From the NCBI GenBank assembly GCA_973895155.1, contig OZ316894.1:22725867-22789866 (forward strand): DNA of 64,000 bases, read 5' to 3'. The notes below the pieces were generated by a model. It made no database searches. It was not told the origin of the DNA and saw nothing but the letters and a program-made list of their open reading frames with translations. Positions 23,681 to 35,534 of this stretch are shown here, in pieces. A program made the position numbers and the translations under genes. The DNA comes from Marsupella aquatica (taxonomy: Eukaryota > Plantae > Marchantiophyta). Position 1 is the stretch's first letter, and every line of letters starts with the position of its first letter.

Positions 23681-23919
23681 AACCACACCTGCCCATATAA
23701 AAATCTCATTCACTCCTCACTACTCCTCATTCCTATCCAACGGTGAACAATGTTTCACCCCTCACTACTCCTCATTCCTATCCAACGGTGAACAATGTTT
23801 CACCATTAAAGGTGGAGCACTTGCCAATGTAAAGTGAAGCACTCACCACCTTTTGTGGAGAAGCCCATTCCTCAATCTGTGCACTTTATAATGAGATCTT
23901 TATAAGGGCAGTTGTGGTT
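23681..23919. mobile_element. MITE, 239 bp, ~30-bp TIRs, TA (or TTAA) target duplication
   Basis: The left end AACCACACCTGCCCATATAAAAATCTCATT matches the reverse complement of the right end AACCACAACTGCCCTTATAAAGATCTCATT at 27/30. Flanks are TTA| and |TAA. An internal 45-bp tandem duplication lies at 23715-23804. Confidence 0.85.
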
Positions 23920-24295
23920 TAATATACTCATGACAACAACAGGCTTTTTTCGAGAAGTGGTATCATCCGTCCCAAAACGTGGAAGCTCATTCTTAGGAAA
24001 TTCTTAGGAAATTGATGGCAGGGTAGGTAATACAGTAGCCTAAAGGGGCCAGCTCTCGTCTCATGTATCCGGGTCTCCTATCTGCATTCCAGAATCTTCT
24101 CAAAATTGACCGAATACCTGTGAATATAGTGTGAATTTGCATTGTAGTGATAAATTCAGTTTGGCCAATCTGTGTATTGAAGAATCAGCATCAGCCATCA
24201 GTCATTTCTTGGGCAAGATAGATTGGAACAGAAATACAAACGGGCGTGAGTGAGATCTGCTTACGGGACACTTTCCATCAACCGGGACACGACTT

Positions 24296-25830
24296 TCAAT
24301 CTGGCCACCAGTAATCGTCACAAGAGCATATGCCAGTCACCTTAGAGATAAACTTGGTTGCGGTATGGCAATCTGAACACACCCGAAGGTTCTTCCATAC
24401 ACGAATTGGTTTTCCCCGAGGTATGTGCATAAGTCCGTAAGCAATAGCCAACTTCTCACTATGAGAGTACAGAGCTAGTTCTTTATCCTTCTCATTGATG
24501 TCATGCAACACAAGTCGGGTATCTGGAGTGGGTGAGTCGGGTATTCAGTCAATTTATTGAGCTCCGTATATATCGCTCTCGCTTCTGGGTGAGATCTATC
24601 CCCTACAACAAATTTATGGATCTTCTTATCAACTTCAATCCAGCTACGCCCTGGCTCCTTCCGAATATCTCTGTCTTGCATCGTGGTGCGCACCAATGAC
24701 ATCTTCTGCCACTTACCAGCTGCGGCATAGATGTTGGAGAGGAGCACATACGTAGAGGCATCATTGGGTTCAAACTTCAGAACCTCTCTAGCGGCAAGTT
24801 CGCCCAACTCCACATTACCGTAGGTTCTACAAGCCCCAATGCATCTGGGTCAACTGGCATGTCGCTAATGAAGACCTTTGCTTCCTCCAAGTATCCAGCC
24901 CGCCCAAGAAGATCCACCATGCAGGTATAATGCACAATGTCAGGCTCGATACCATAATCTTGCGTCATAGCTGGAAAGAGTCTCCGACCATCATCAACAA
25001 GGCCGCTATGACAACAGGCTGACAAAACTGTCACAAATGAATAACTGTTGGGCTTCACACCATGTGCGGTCATTTTTCTGAAGTGTTCCAGGGCTTCATT
25101 CCCAAGTCCATGTTGTGCAAGTCCGCCGATCATTACATTCCACGTCAATACATCGCGTCTCTGCATTCTGTCGAAAACCAGGCGGGCGTCATCTATACTG
25201 CCACTCTTTGCATACATGTGAACTAGTGCACTGCCCACACGCAAATCTGACTCCAGTCCCGCTTTGTTAGCATGAGCATGAACTTCCTTAACCCATTCCA
25301 AAGCCCCCTCACTTGCAGATGCATTGAGAATACTAGGATAGGTGAATGAATATATCTGGTTCGAAGCCTTCGCTTCTCATTTGGAGAAACAGGCGATATG
25401 CTTCATGCCCACATCCATTTTGTGCAAGTCCACTGATCATTACATTCCATGTCACTACATCGCGTTTCTCCATTTTTTCGAAAACCAGTCGTGCGTCATC
25501 TATACTGGCAGTCTTTGCATACATGTGAACCAGTGCATTGCCCACATGCAGATTCGACTCCAGTCCGGCTTTGGAAGCATGGCCATGAACCTCCCTCACC
25601 CACTCCAAAGCCCCCACACTTGCAGATGTATTCAGGATACTCAAATAAGTGATCGCATCTGGTTCGAAGCCTTCCCGTCTCATTTGGAGAAGCAGTCGAT
25701 ATGCTTCCACACCATCACCACGTTCTGCATATGCTCCAATCATAACAGTCCATGTAACAACATTTCGATTGGTCGACTTTTCAAAACTTTCGTTACCTCG
25801 GTGATGCACCCACATTTCGTATACATCTTA
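24296..25830 (-). pseudogene. PLS-class DYW-type PPR (organellar C-to-U editing factor) pseudogene, 5'-truncated and frameshifted
   Basis: Four offset ORFs (25333-25815, 24777-25301, 24475-24813, 24296-24511) give P-L-S repeats (VGSALVHMYAKSGSIDDARLVF, DVLTWNVMIGGLAQHG), E domains (HYTCMVDLLGRAG, YVLLSNIYAAAG), the PG box PGRSWIEV, HSEKLA, CSDCH and CSCDDYW. The RFHHF segment is missing. Confidence 0.93.
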
Positions 25831-26379
25831 TACCATTCACCCAAAGAGAGTGAAAACTTATGAAGAGACCAGAACCAAAACTCGTTTTCCTTGGAGCTGT
25901 TGGTGTCTATCAATTCACTGCATTTTGTATTTTTGTCTATTTGGCGCCTAAAGAGCTCACACAACAAAGTTTCCTTAAGTTTCTCATTGTTTTTCCTTCT
26001 GACCTTCCATTTGATGGAAACCTAAGCTCCCAGACACCAGAGTGTTTGGATGGATCCTCTAAACCCGGATGGACTATCACTGTAGGCTAGCCCATGGGCT
26101 GGAGGGGGTACCCATATTTGACAAAGAGAATATTCTATAAACACGGCTATTTTGAAAGTTAAATGACATATTATTTTATGAAAAGTATGAAAATACAAAC
26201 ATTCATTATTTGTTGTGGTACATTTTGTATGTTTTGTAAAACTTTTGGACAAAACAACATGAAACGACCTATGCTAGTTCACACTTGGTTCTCATGGTGC
26301 TTTTTAGTTGACCCCCCTCCTCCCATCTGATTTAGGCCCACAACATTCAGTGAAAATACAAAGGAATACTCTTAAGGCG

Positions 26380-27945
26380 AGTTATTGATAGACACAAGAG
26401 GATAGTGAATATACAAAGGAAGGCTCACAAGGAGAGTTTACAATTTGATAGACTCAAGAGGATAGTTGAGAGAGCTACAAAGTGTTGTGCTCTCTCCTAA
26501 AAACTTTGAACAAGGAGAAGAAGAGCAATTGAAATTGATAGACACAACAACACAGCTAGGAGGAGAGTGTGTGTTGGTTCTGGTCAAGTGTGTCTTCTGG
26601 TTTAGAAACTTTGAACAAGAGGAAGAGCATGAATTGATCAACAGACCAAACTGACAGAGATCTCTGATATGTGTGTGTTGTTTGCTGACTTGTTGGAAGG
26701 AGAGCAATAGGGCGTGTCAAAGCAGGGCTGTAAGTGACGTATGGCCAAGAAGTTAAACCAGTTTCATGGCCAGGATAAAAACCTTACGGCTACCTATAAA
26801 TGTGCCCCATAAGGATCAGATGTCCAAAATCATCACCAAGGACATAAAATGGTTTTATGCCAGGACAGAAACCTTAGAGTTACCTATACACTTGCCAAGT
26901 AAGGATCATATATCCAAATTAATCACGCACAGCCATAAGACCTTGATTATGGTAGTGCTTTGACAAGCCCTAATGAATTGATACACAACTAAGATAAGCT
27001 GGGAAGAAAACATGTGGGTATGTGGTTGGTTTTGGTCTCTGGATGACTGTCAATTGTGTGTTCTTTTCTAGAAACTTTGAAGGAGAGTCAGAGTAATGAA
27101 TTGACAGGCTGGAGTGACAGAGAGCTTGGATGCGTGTTAGTTGTTGTCTCTTTGGAAGGAGAGCAATAGGGTGTGTCATAGAAGGGCTGTAAGTGAGGTA
27201 TGGCAAACATAAAATGGTTTTATGACCAAGACAAAAAACCTTATGGGCTACGTATACACTGACCGGTCAAGACCAAACGTCCAAATTAATCACGACCATA
27301 AGACCCTGATTACTGCATTGCTTTCACAGGCCCCTAACAAAGTGATACACAAAACTACACACCTGAGATAAGCTGCAACGAAAATATGTGGTTATGTGGT
27401 TTATTCTGGTCTCAAAACTACACAGCTGAGATAAGCTGGGAAGAAAATATGTGGTTATGTGGTTTATTCTGGTCTCTTGATAACTATCACCTTGATTTCT
27501 GTGAACCTGATCTTAATTAAGAGTGGTTATGTGGTTTACTCTGGTCTCTTGATAATTGGTTCACAGAACTACACAGCTGAGAGTAAACTTTAAGGAAAAT
27601 ACATGGTTGGTTGTGGCCTCTTGATAACTCTCCACTAATACCTTTGAAGGAGGGGAAGGGCTATGAGCTGATAGACACAACAACACATCTGACAGAGAGC
27701 TTGGAAAATGTGTGTTGGTTGCCTTCTCTTTGTAACCTTGAGCTCTCTCGTGTAAATTCTGAAGGAGAGGAAGAGCGATTCATTGATAAATACAAGAGCA
27801 GAGCTGAGATGGAAAAATGTTCGTTGGATGTGGTCTCTTTATAATCTTCAGCTCTCCTGTATCACCTGTGAAGAGAGGAAGAGCGATGAATTGAAGTGAC
27901 AACAGCCGAGCTGAGAGAGCTGGAAAAATGTGTGTGGGTTGCTGC
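26380..27945. repeat. Complex mosaic of degenerate repeats between the PPR pseudogene and OTU3
   Basis: TTGATAGACAC-type units recur (26385, 26445, 26535, 27668). TTGGAAGGAGAGCAATAGGG..GGGCTGTAAGTGA occurs at ~26693 and ~27152. GTGGTTATGTGGTTTA.TCTGGTCTC occurs x3 at 27388-27548. Confidence 0.75.
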
Positions 27946-28351
27946 GCATGTTGTGGACTGAAGGTTTGGCTGTCTGTAGGCGTCTCCTTGGTGTGGGTCG
28001 CCTGGCTGGTGAACTGGTGGATTGATGGCAGAGATCTCGGCGCTCTCTTGAAGTTCCTTCAGCAGCAGCAGAGAAACCTGCGTCGCTAGTCCCGTCCCGT
28101 TTCTGCTCACAAGGCTTCCGTAGTCTTTTTCCGCCTGATTCAAGCCATTCTTCTCTCAATTTCTCAAGTCAGTCCGGTGCGGATGTGAGCTTCAGTCCCG
28201 AGTTATAGATCTCCAGGTTCTCCTCTTCACTTTCAGCAGATTGGCACATTCGCTTACTTCCCTAGGTCCGATTCCACTTTGTCAGTGGGGCAGATCTCAC
28301 CGCACACCAACGCTAGGTCACAGGTTTTGACACGAGGAGCTGAACGAGTGA

Positions 28352-31300
28352 ATGAGTGCAGGTATGATTCTATGCCGGGCCCGTTCGTTATGCACCAGAC
28401 AATCATGTAACGAAGTTGGATGAAGCTCCCATTTCTCGATTCCGAAATCGAGCTTCCATTTAATGAAGTCGTTTTGAACTGAGCAGATTCAGCGGGAACT
28501 CAGCTAGATTTCTGGTGGAGTGCAGCTGGCACTCGATATCGTCGAAATAGAGAAGAGTTTTGCAGAGGCCGCCTGGGATTTCGCCGGAGTTTAGGTCAGT
28601 TTTCTGGAAATGTGATCTCGATGATTTCCGGATTAAATTCCTGAGTTTTTATGATTGAGCGGGGAATGCGTACTTGCAATAAGTTCCAAAGAATTTTTCG
28701 ATCTGCAACGTACTATCCAGAAGGTGTTCATTCTTCGTCGAGTCCAGCGCGATGTCGAACCAAGGATATACCATTGGTTGGAGAGCTGTTGACGGCAAAA
28801 TGCTCTTTTCCCATGATTTGTTTAACCTTCTATCCTTGTGAAGGCTCGGTGAAGATTTCTCTGTCTACCACGCTGAACAAATTTTACTAACGCTTTACTA
28901 AACTAAATTCAAGCTTGTCGACGGAACATCAAAATTTGGTTGCCCTTCATAGTCCTTCTGTAGAGAGGTTCCAACTCTTTGTCTTCGAAGCAATGTTGTA
29001 ATCTTCCTTTTAATCAGTCCCAGACCAAATCATCACTCGCGGAAATCAGCACTGGATTTGAAAGGTGTCAAAGGTCAAGACGCTCAGGCTTGTCAACCTT
29101 TCTGATAAGCAGCTAAAGAGAAACAGAACCAGTTTCAAGGATCAATTGAATCTAATATAGCGATGTAGAACTTCTTAGCTGTCTGGCAGTAATCCAGCTG
29201 ATATGTATGTCGTGTCACAATCTTCGTCCTCTTGCATGGTAACGATGTTCTTGGTCGAGTCCACTATAATTCAAGTTGTTCATGAGTTTCCCAGCAATCA
29301 TAACAAACAAATTTGCGTTCCCCTTGTGTCTAGGTCATTGAAGTGCTGGAATATCATTGCGTTGTTGCTGACTTCATCAACCAGGATGAAGCAGGAGGAG
29401 CCATCTCGGTCGGGTAAGCCTGATTTCCTTGGACCATTCTGGTGATCTTTGTAATAATATTTACACCATAAATAGTTTGGCAAATGAGGACGGCACATAC
29501 CTGTGAAGACATTGTATGAGGTACAAATGTTTGTGAGATAGTTGTTTTCCGAAAATGAAAAGCGGATTCTAAGTTTTGTGTGTCAGTGGACCACTCTGAT
29601 CAAACAGAAAGAAGCTCGAGCTGTTTTTGAGAACTAGTGTCGAAGTTCTCCCGAAACTTGGAGGCATAGCGATGGAAATATGATCGCAAGAAAAATGATC
29701 CGGCATAGGCTGGTTTTTGGTAGTCCTGAAGCTCCCTTATATGTTTAAAGACCAATTTTTAGAAGCAGTCCTCTCTTCACGATGTGGATGAAGAGACGAT
29801 GAAATTATCCTCTATTTTCAACAAGAATTCATTCATCTGAGTTGTTTTGTGCAGAGGTCGTGTTGGCCCAACTTGCGGAGGGCACGGCTTGGTTTGAATT
29901 TGTGGAGACTTGGGAGTTTGAACCCTCTAATGCTCCATTTGCGTCACTGTCAGCGGCATTTTCTCGAGTACAGAAGAAGAATACTGTTTCGCCTTTGTTT
30001 GCAAAAATAGGCGGGATACGCAACGCTCCCGAAGTTCGGTGAGGTTTCCTTTTACTAGCTTTCTGAAATGATTATAAGAGTTTCAGTTCCAGATCGACAA
30101 AGATTCATGAGAGACCACTCTCATGACCCAGTCTCTGTTCATAGATATCCTTGTATGTTGTTAATTTGGTGATGAAAAGCACAGAGGAAGTAAGTATTTT
30201 GCGTCAGTAGCACCAGCATAGAATGGGTTCGCACTCTGCTATTCGATTATTCCTATGCACAAGAATCACAATCAGTGAAGTTGCAGTTCTCTCTTTTCAA
30301 TGACCTTATCGTACCTTCTGGTTTCGAAGATCTAGGTCATTTGACTCTCATTTTGATACGACCCTGATGTCTGGTTCTTGGACAGGCCAGAATCCGCACC
30401 TGCTGTGAAGAAAGCTGAATATTATAGAGTTAGAAAAGTTGCTGGGGATGGCCGCTGTATGTTCCGCGCTCTTGTAAGACCTTGACTTTCTCTCACCGCA
30501 ACGTCTCGGCTCAAAGTTTTCTGCAGACAATTCAGAGAAAATGGAGAAACAGCTGAACTTCTTTGTTGTGAATGTCTTACTGTTGTTTTAGGAACTCGGT
30601 GAAGGTCCCTTTAACAAAATTCACCCTTTTTGCTCGTCATTCAGGTTCTTGGAATGGCTGCAAATAAAGGAGCTAGCTTAAATTCCTTCGAGGAAGAGCA
30701 AGAAGCAGGCATGCTGTACCTGCCCTCTATTATTTAATTGACAAGCTTGTCCAGTAAGAAAATATTTTGCTTCATGAAATATGGAGAGGAAAACCAGATT
30801 TTTTTAGCTGTGGTTGAAATATTCTTAGGTTTGGAAAAATGTAGCTTGAGTGTATTTTCCTTTCCGATTTGCAGATCAAAGCTTCATGATGCCCCACTTT
30901 CTTATCACTAGTATTTCCATAATTATTGGCAGGAGCTGTATTGGTCAGATAGATAGTTGAATTGTACAATGAGAGTGCAGCATATTGGCAGACGCGGTCA
31001 TTAGTTGACATCTATACATTGAAAGGGGTTTTGGGGTTTTAGTTCCTAGCACTACGGTGGCGGTGAAGAATGCCAAAATCATCTGTTTGCGGTTCTACCA
31101 GTAGGCAAAATGTGAGAATAGTTGGAGATCTCAACTGTTAAAAGACAACTGAATGGAATGGACAGATCAGCTGCGGTTGGCTGTGATGGAGGCCATCTGC
31201 AGAAGTGATAAACGAGGTAAAAAATATGAAGAGGCTTTGATTGCAATCACTGTTGAAGAATCCCTTCAAAGGTAACTCTTTGAGTCATCTATCCCCTTAG

Positions 31301-32331
31301 TGTCTTGCACTGATGCTGTCGCTGTCCAAATTTTCAATTATAGTAAAATAGGTTCGTTTCCTTGCCTTGACGGTAGGTTTCGATTGTTCTTCTGCACAGT
31401 TTCAAGAAGCTGCTCTGAGAAAGTTCTGGTTGGAAATTTTCAACTACACCCTTGATCCGCAATGGGGGAGGATGAGTTGTTCGCTTACCTGTGCAAACTT
31501 ATTTCTGTACTAAAAGCATTAAGTAACCGGTTACACTGTTCGGTACAGATATTGTGAGAGGATACCCAGCTCACGGTTTTGGGGTGGGGAATCTGAGCTT
31601 CTGGTATTTCACCTCCCACTTCCATTAACTGTGCTATATTTGCTTTGACAGCGGTCTAGAATCTCCCAGGTCGATTGTGCAGAGCAACTTCATTTATTAA
31701 TCGGGAATTGGTTCTGCAGGTTTTATCTAGAATGTGCAACTTACCTATCATCGTCTACGTACCCCAGTCAGAGGTAAATCACAAAATGGCTGGCTCGATT
31801 TAGAGCACTTGCTTGCCCCCACAACGTTACCTTTTCCTGGAGTGTAGCTGGGGGACGACGCTCTCGTAAAACCACCAACATGTATTGATGGGCATAACAG
31901 CCCGAAATTGTAATCATGTATCTGTCGGACATCATTTAGAATCGTGCACATCATAAAACTTAGGGTCATACATACAAAGTTAAATGAAGTTGACCACGTT
32001 GCCTCCGCCATATGAAGCTATTCCACTTTCTGCAAGACTGGGTAATTAAAGAGTGAGAGGAAGTATGGAGAGCGCGCAATCCTTTGGAGATTAAGTCATC
32101 ATTGTGCTGTTAAGAATTTAGTAGGCATATGCTTGATCTGTTTCTCGTTAACCGTACTTTCTGACTGCCATTGGTTTCCTACAGGCAAAACGAGGGAGAG
32201 GGACTGGTGGCGGATATATGCCTATAGCAGAGTATGGCAGTGAGTTCAGGAACGCAAGGCAGGGTAAGAAGGCAAGGAAGCCTGTGAGGTTACTTTATTC
32301 TGGTGGCAACCATTATGACCTTCTCGTGTAA
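28352..32331 (+). CDS. OTU3: OTU-domain deubiquitinase, OTU3 homolog, ~235 aa; exons 28352-28361, 29855-30038, 30386-30473, 30645-30708, 31166-31271, 31549-31603, 31720-31773, 32185-32331
   Basis: The spliced exons give VAGDGRCMFRALVLGMAANKG (catalytic D/C), ADQLRLAVMEAIC, YEEALIAITVEESLQRYC, FWGGESELLVLSRMCNLPIIVY and PVRLLYSGGNHYDLLV* (catalytic H). All phases are consistent (708 nt). The 10-nt first exon is the least certain, and one GC donor is required at 30709. Confidence 0.9.
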
Positions 32332-32916
32332 ATCTGGCAGTTGAGAAGCCTCACGAATTGCAGCTGTGGCGAACTCTTGTGGTCTTTAAGACATAAACTT
32401 GAGGACATTAGAGCCTCTGCAGCTGACTAACCTGCTTTTGATATTAGCCGGTATGAGTTAGCACTCATGAATGACTTTGACCTTCAATTCTGTAATATTC
32501 AGTTCTGCATTCTCGCAACAATGCTCATATGGAACTGAAGGCCCTATTCGTCTTATATCTTGGCAAGGATTTAAAGATTGTCGTCATACTCTGGCTATAT
32601 GTTAGCAATGAGGCTAACATAAGGAGTGGGGTATAATTCGTGTGCACTCTGGTATTTGTAGTCGCCAGGCACCAGTCATGGTCCTCCTCCCCTTCTTGGA
32701 GTGATTTCATCTAGCTTGGTTATTGTAGGTAGTTCAATGCCCTTGCACGGCCTTGGATGGCACAAACTTCGTGTTGGTGGTAGTAGAGAAGATCGTGAGC
32801 ACAGAAGATGACAAGCAGGGAGTAGTGTTTAAAACACAGCCCCAGGTCCTCCCGGAATGACTTTGCAGGGTGAGTTGTTCTCATTCTATGGTAGTTTTTT
32901 GGTATTCCGTGTTGCT

Positions 32917-33720
32917 TAAACCACAACTACCTGTATAAGAGCTATGGGTTACCCGTAGCTCTCCTTATACAGTGCATACCTTAAAAGTTCACTATGAATG
33001 GACTTGAGCTCCACTTTAGTGCATGCCTCACAGTTTCACTATGAATGCACTTGAGCTCCACTTTTTAAGGTCATTACACTGTTCACCAGGGGCAGGAATG
33101 AGCAATAGCCAACTGGAAATGGAGCCCATGTAAACCACACCACTATAAAAGGGACCTGCCCCAACCTTCCCCCTAACTGGTCAACTGTTCATTTGCCTAG
33201 GCCATTACCTTGGAGGTTCTCCTAATCACTTTCCACTTTACAATCCTTAAACAGGCATATTTTAAAAACATTCACTCCCACTATACAATCCTAAAAACAG
33301 GCATATTGTAAAAACTCACTTCCCAGTGTACAATCCTGAAAGTGAAGCCTGGATGGTGCACCTTGTTGGACACAATGCTCCTGTGGACCACATTTTGGTG
33401 GTCCATGGGAGTTTTGGGTTTATAAATTGATGATTATGAGTCTTAAAATTAAGTTTCACCGGAAAGGCAGCTCGAGAAGGAGACACAAAAAACACAAGCC
33501 CTAACATGTCATTAATACAATAAAAATTAATCTAATAGAATTTACCCCTAAGTATTCCATGGTGAGCTAACCAAAATGGCCAACAATTCATTGTCACTTT
33601 GATGGAAGTGTGGCTTACCACTCTAGCACATATTCAAAACTAATAAATGTTTGAGTTTATGGATATCAAGTTATTACAATAAAACTCAAATTTTGGGAGA
33701 TGTGGTCAATGGGGGTTTCA
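32917..33720. repeat. Composite repeat block: MITE-related segment (32917-~33320) plus an inverted copy of the 2602-3640 family (33340-33720)
   Basis: TTAAACCACAACTACCTGTATAAG resembles the MITE TIR. A hairpin lies at 32931-32972. TTCACTATGAATG.ACTTGAGCTCCACTTT is duplicated. Reverse-complement similarity to 2630-2780 and 3555-3640. Confidence 0.65.
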
Positions 33721-34323
33721 AAAGACCAACATTCAAAACGATCATTTTTGTACTACCCTAAAAGCACACATATTCTAAACTTATTTCAGTGATTCCAAAC
33801 TATGTCTCCTTTGAAGAACGCGAGGCGCTCTCTGTGCCTCCCAGTTGGATTTGCTCTTGCCCCTGTGCCTGCTCTCCACTATTTAATGCAATCAAGGGCT
33901 CCAAAGAAAGGTCTCACCGAGATCTACAATTTGTACAAATTCCGGCCAAAACCATTGAGTATTAAGGGAGAGAAAAGGAAAACAAATCTCTTGGATCCCA
34001 TTGGTGGATTTCAAATTTTTGAGATCTTGGCCGTCCTATCAAATTTGAATTCCTTCTATCATCACCATCCATTTTTGTTTGCATCTAGCCATCTCATCCG
34101 TCCATTTCAGAAGGCGATAGGGGGCTCAATAGAAAGATCTCAGCGAGATCTGCAACTGGGTTTTTCCCATTTCAAAAATGAATAATATTTTTTAAGATAA
34201 AAATGAAAGCCTGCTGCCCATTCTCTTCCCTATGTGCAAATCCTGAACTCGCATAACACCGTACACTATACACAAATGGCTTTTATACCCATAGTAGTGG
34301 TTCAAGAAACATGATGTGAGATT

Positions 34324-34544
34324 TACATTTTGGGTTGTAGATTGGCCCCTGTGGTGAACTAATAAGGTGACAATGATAGATATTTGCTAGCATGGAATTC
34401 ACTACATTTTGGGTTGTAGATTGCCCCCTATGGTGAACTAATAAGATGACAATGATAGATATTTGCTAGCATGCAATTCACTACATTTTGAGTTGTGGAT
34501 TGCCCCTATGGCGAACTAATTAGATGACAATGATAGGTATTTGC
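34324..34544. repeat. 79-bp tandem repeat x ~2.8
   Basis: TACATTTT.G.GTTGT.GATTG starts at 34324, 34403 and 34482. Confidence 0.92.
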
Positions 34545-35534
34545 CATTTATCAGGGTCATCATTTTGATGTTAGCAGACATGAGTTCCAATATGATCTCT
34601 TTCATAGCCAGGACTGCACTATAAGTGAAACTGCTATGGGTGCATATGACATTCTGAAATATAGGATGGTGGTATGTGTGAAATGATTGCTATGGGTGAA
34701 TGAGTGCTGTTCGTTATCCAAAGCACTTTGTAAGAAAACTTGTGATCCAGCAAGATGGTGCCAGAACAAGTGGCCTTGGAGAGACGTTTAGAGACTGCAT
34801 TCCCTGTTTCCCAGCTTGTTCCCAACTCTGAGGAAGCTTACTTACCATTAACGGATAAGTGTATATTTTCAGACCCTCTGAAGGGTATCCCAGACTTAAA
34901 GTGCTTCTTCTTAGGAACACCATATGTAAAGAAAACCATGGAAAGATCCACCAGCTATTTAGAGCAAGACTCAAGGAGAGGTAATTGTAGAGTGGGAGCA
35001 AACCGAAAAAGAAACCCCTGTTCAGAGGAAACAAATTTCCTGTTACTAGGACAAAAACCCCACTTTGCTTGCAAATTTAGTCCCTAGTTAGCCAAAACCT
35101 GGTGGTAAATCCCTATGGGACTCACTCTTTTGGCGAGCAATTCGCTAGCATATGGAGTCTTAGCAATGCACTAAAAATACAAATGACAAAAATACAAATG
35201 ACAACAAAATGAAAGAACCACAAGTGACTTGCAGCTAACAATACTATCCTCGCCAGCAAAACTCCCTGTCTACTCGCAGCAGACATGCCTCCTCGAGGAC
35301 CCCTGAGTCAGTGGCTTTAGGAATTTGTCGAACCTGTTATCCAAAGCGGTCAAAATTGGAGGGAACTTTCATGAATCACCAAGAATAAGTAACATTTCTA
35401 TGTACAGTTCGGAAGTCCCCTACAACGTTGGGTTAAGCACCGGCAGAGACAAGGCTGCAATCTACAGTACAAACCTGGGCGAGGAAACCTGTCTACTGTA
35501 GAATGTGGACATGTCTCGAATGGATCTTCAGGTG

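Noticed and set aside
31050-31530. Kinase-like VAVK and other coding-looking stretches
   Set aside because: They lie in OTU3 introns, contain stops, and lack other kinase motifs.
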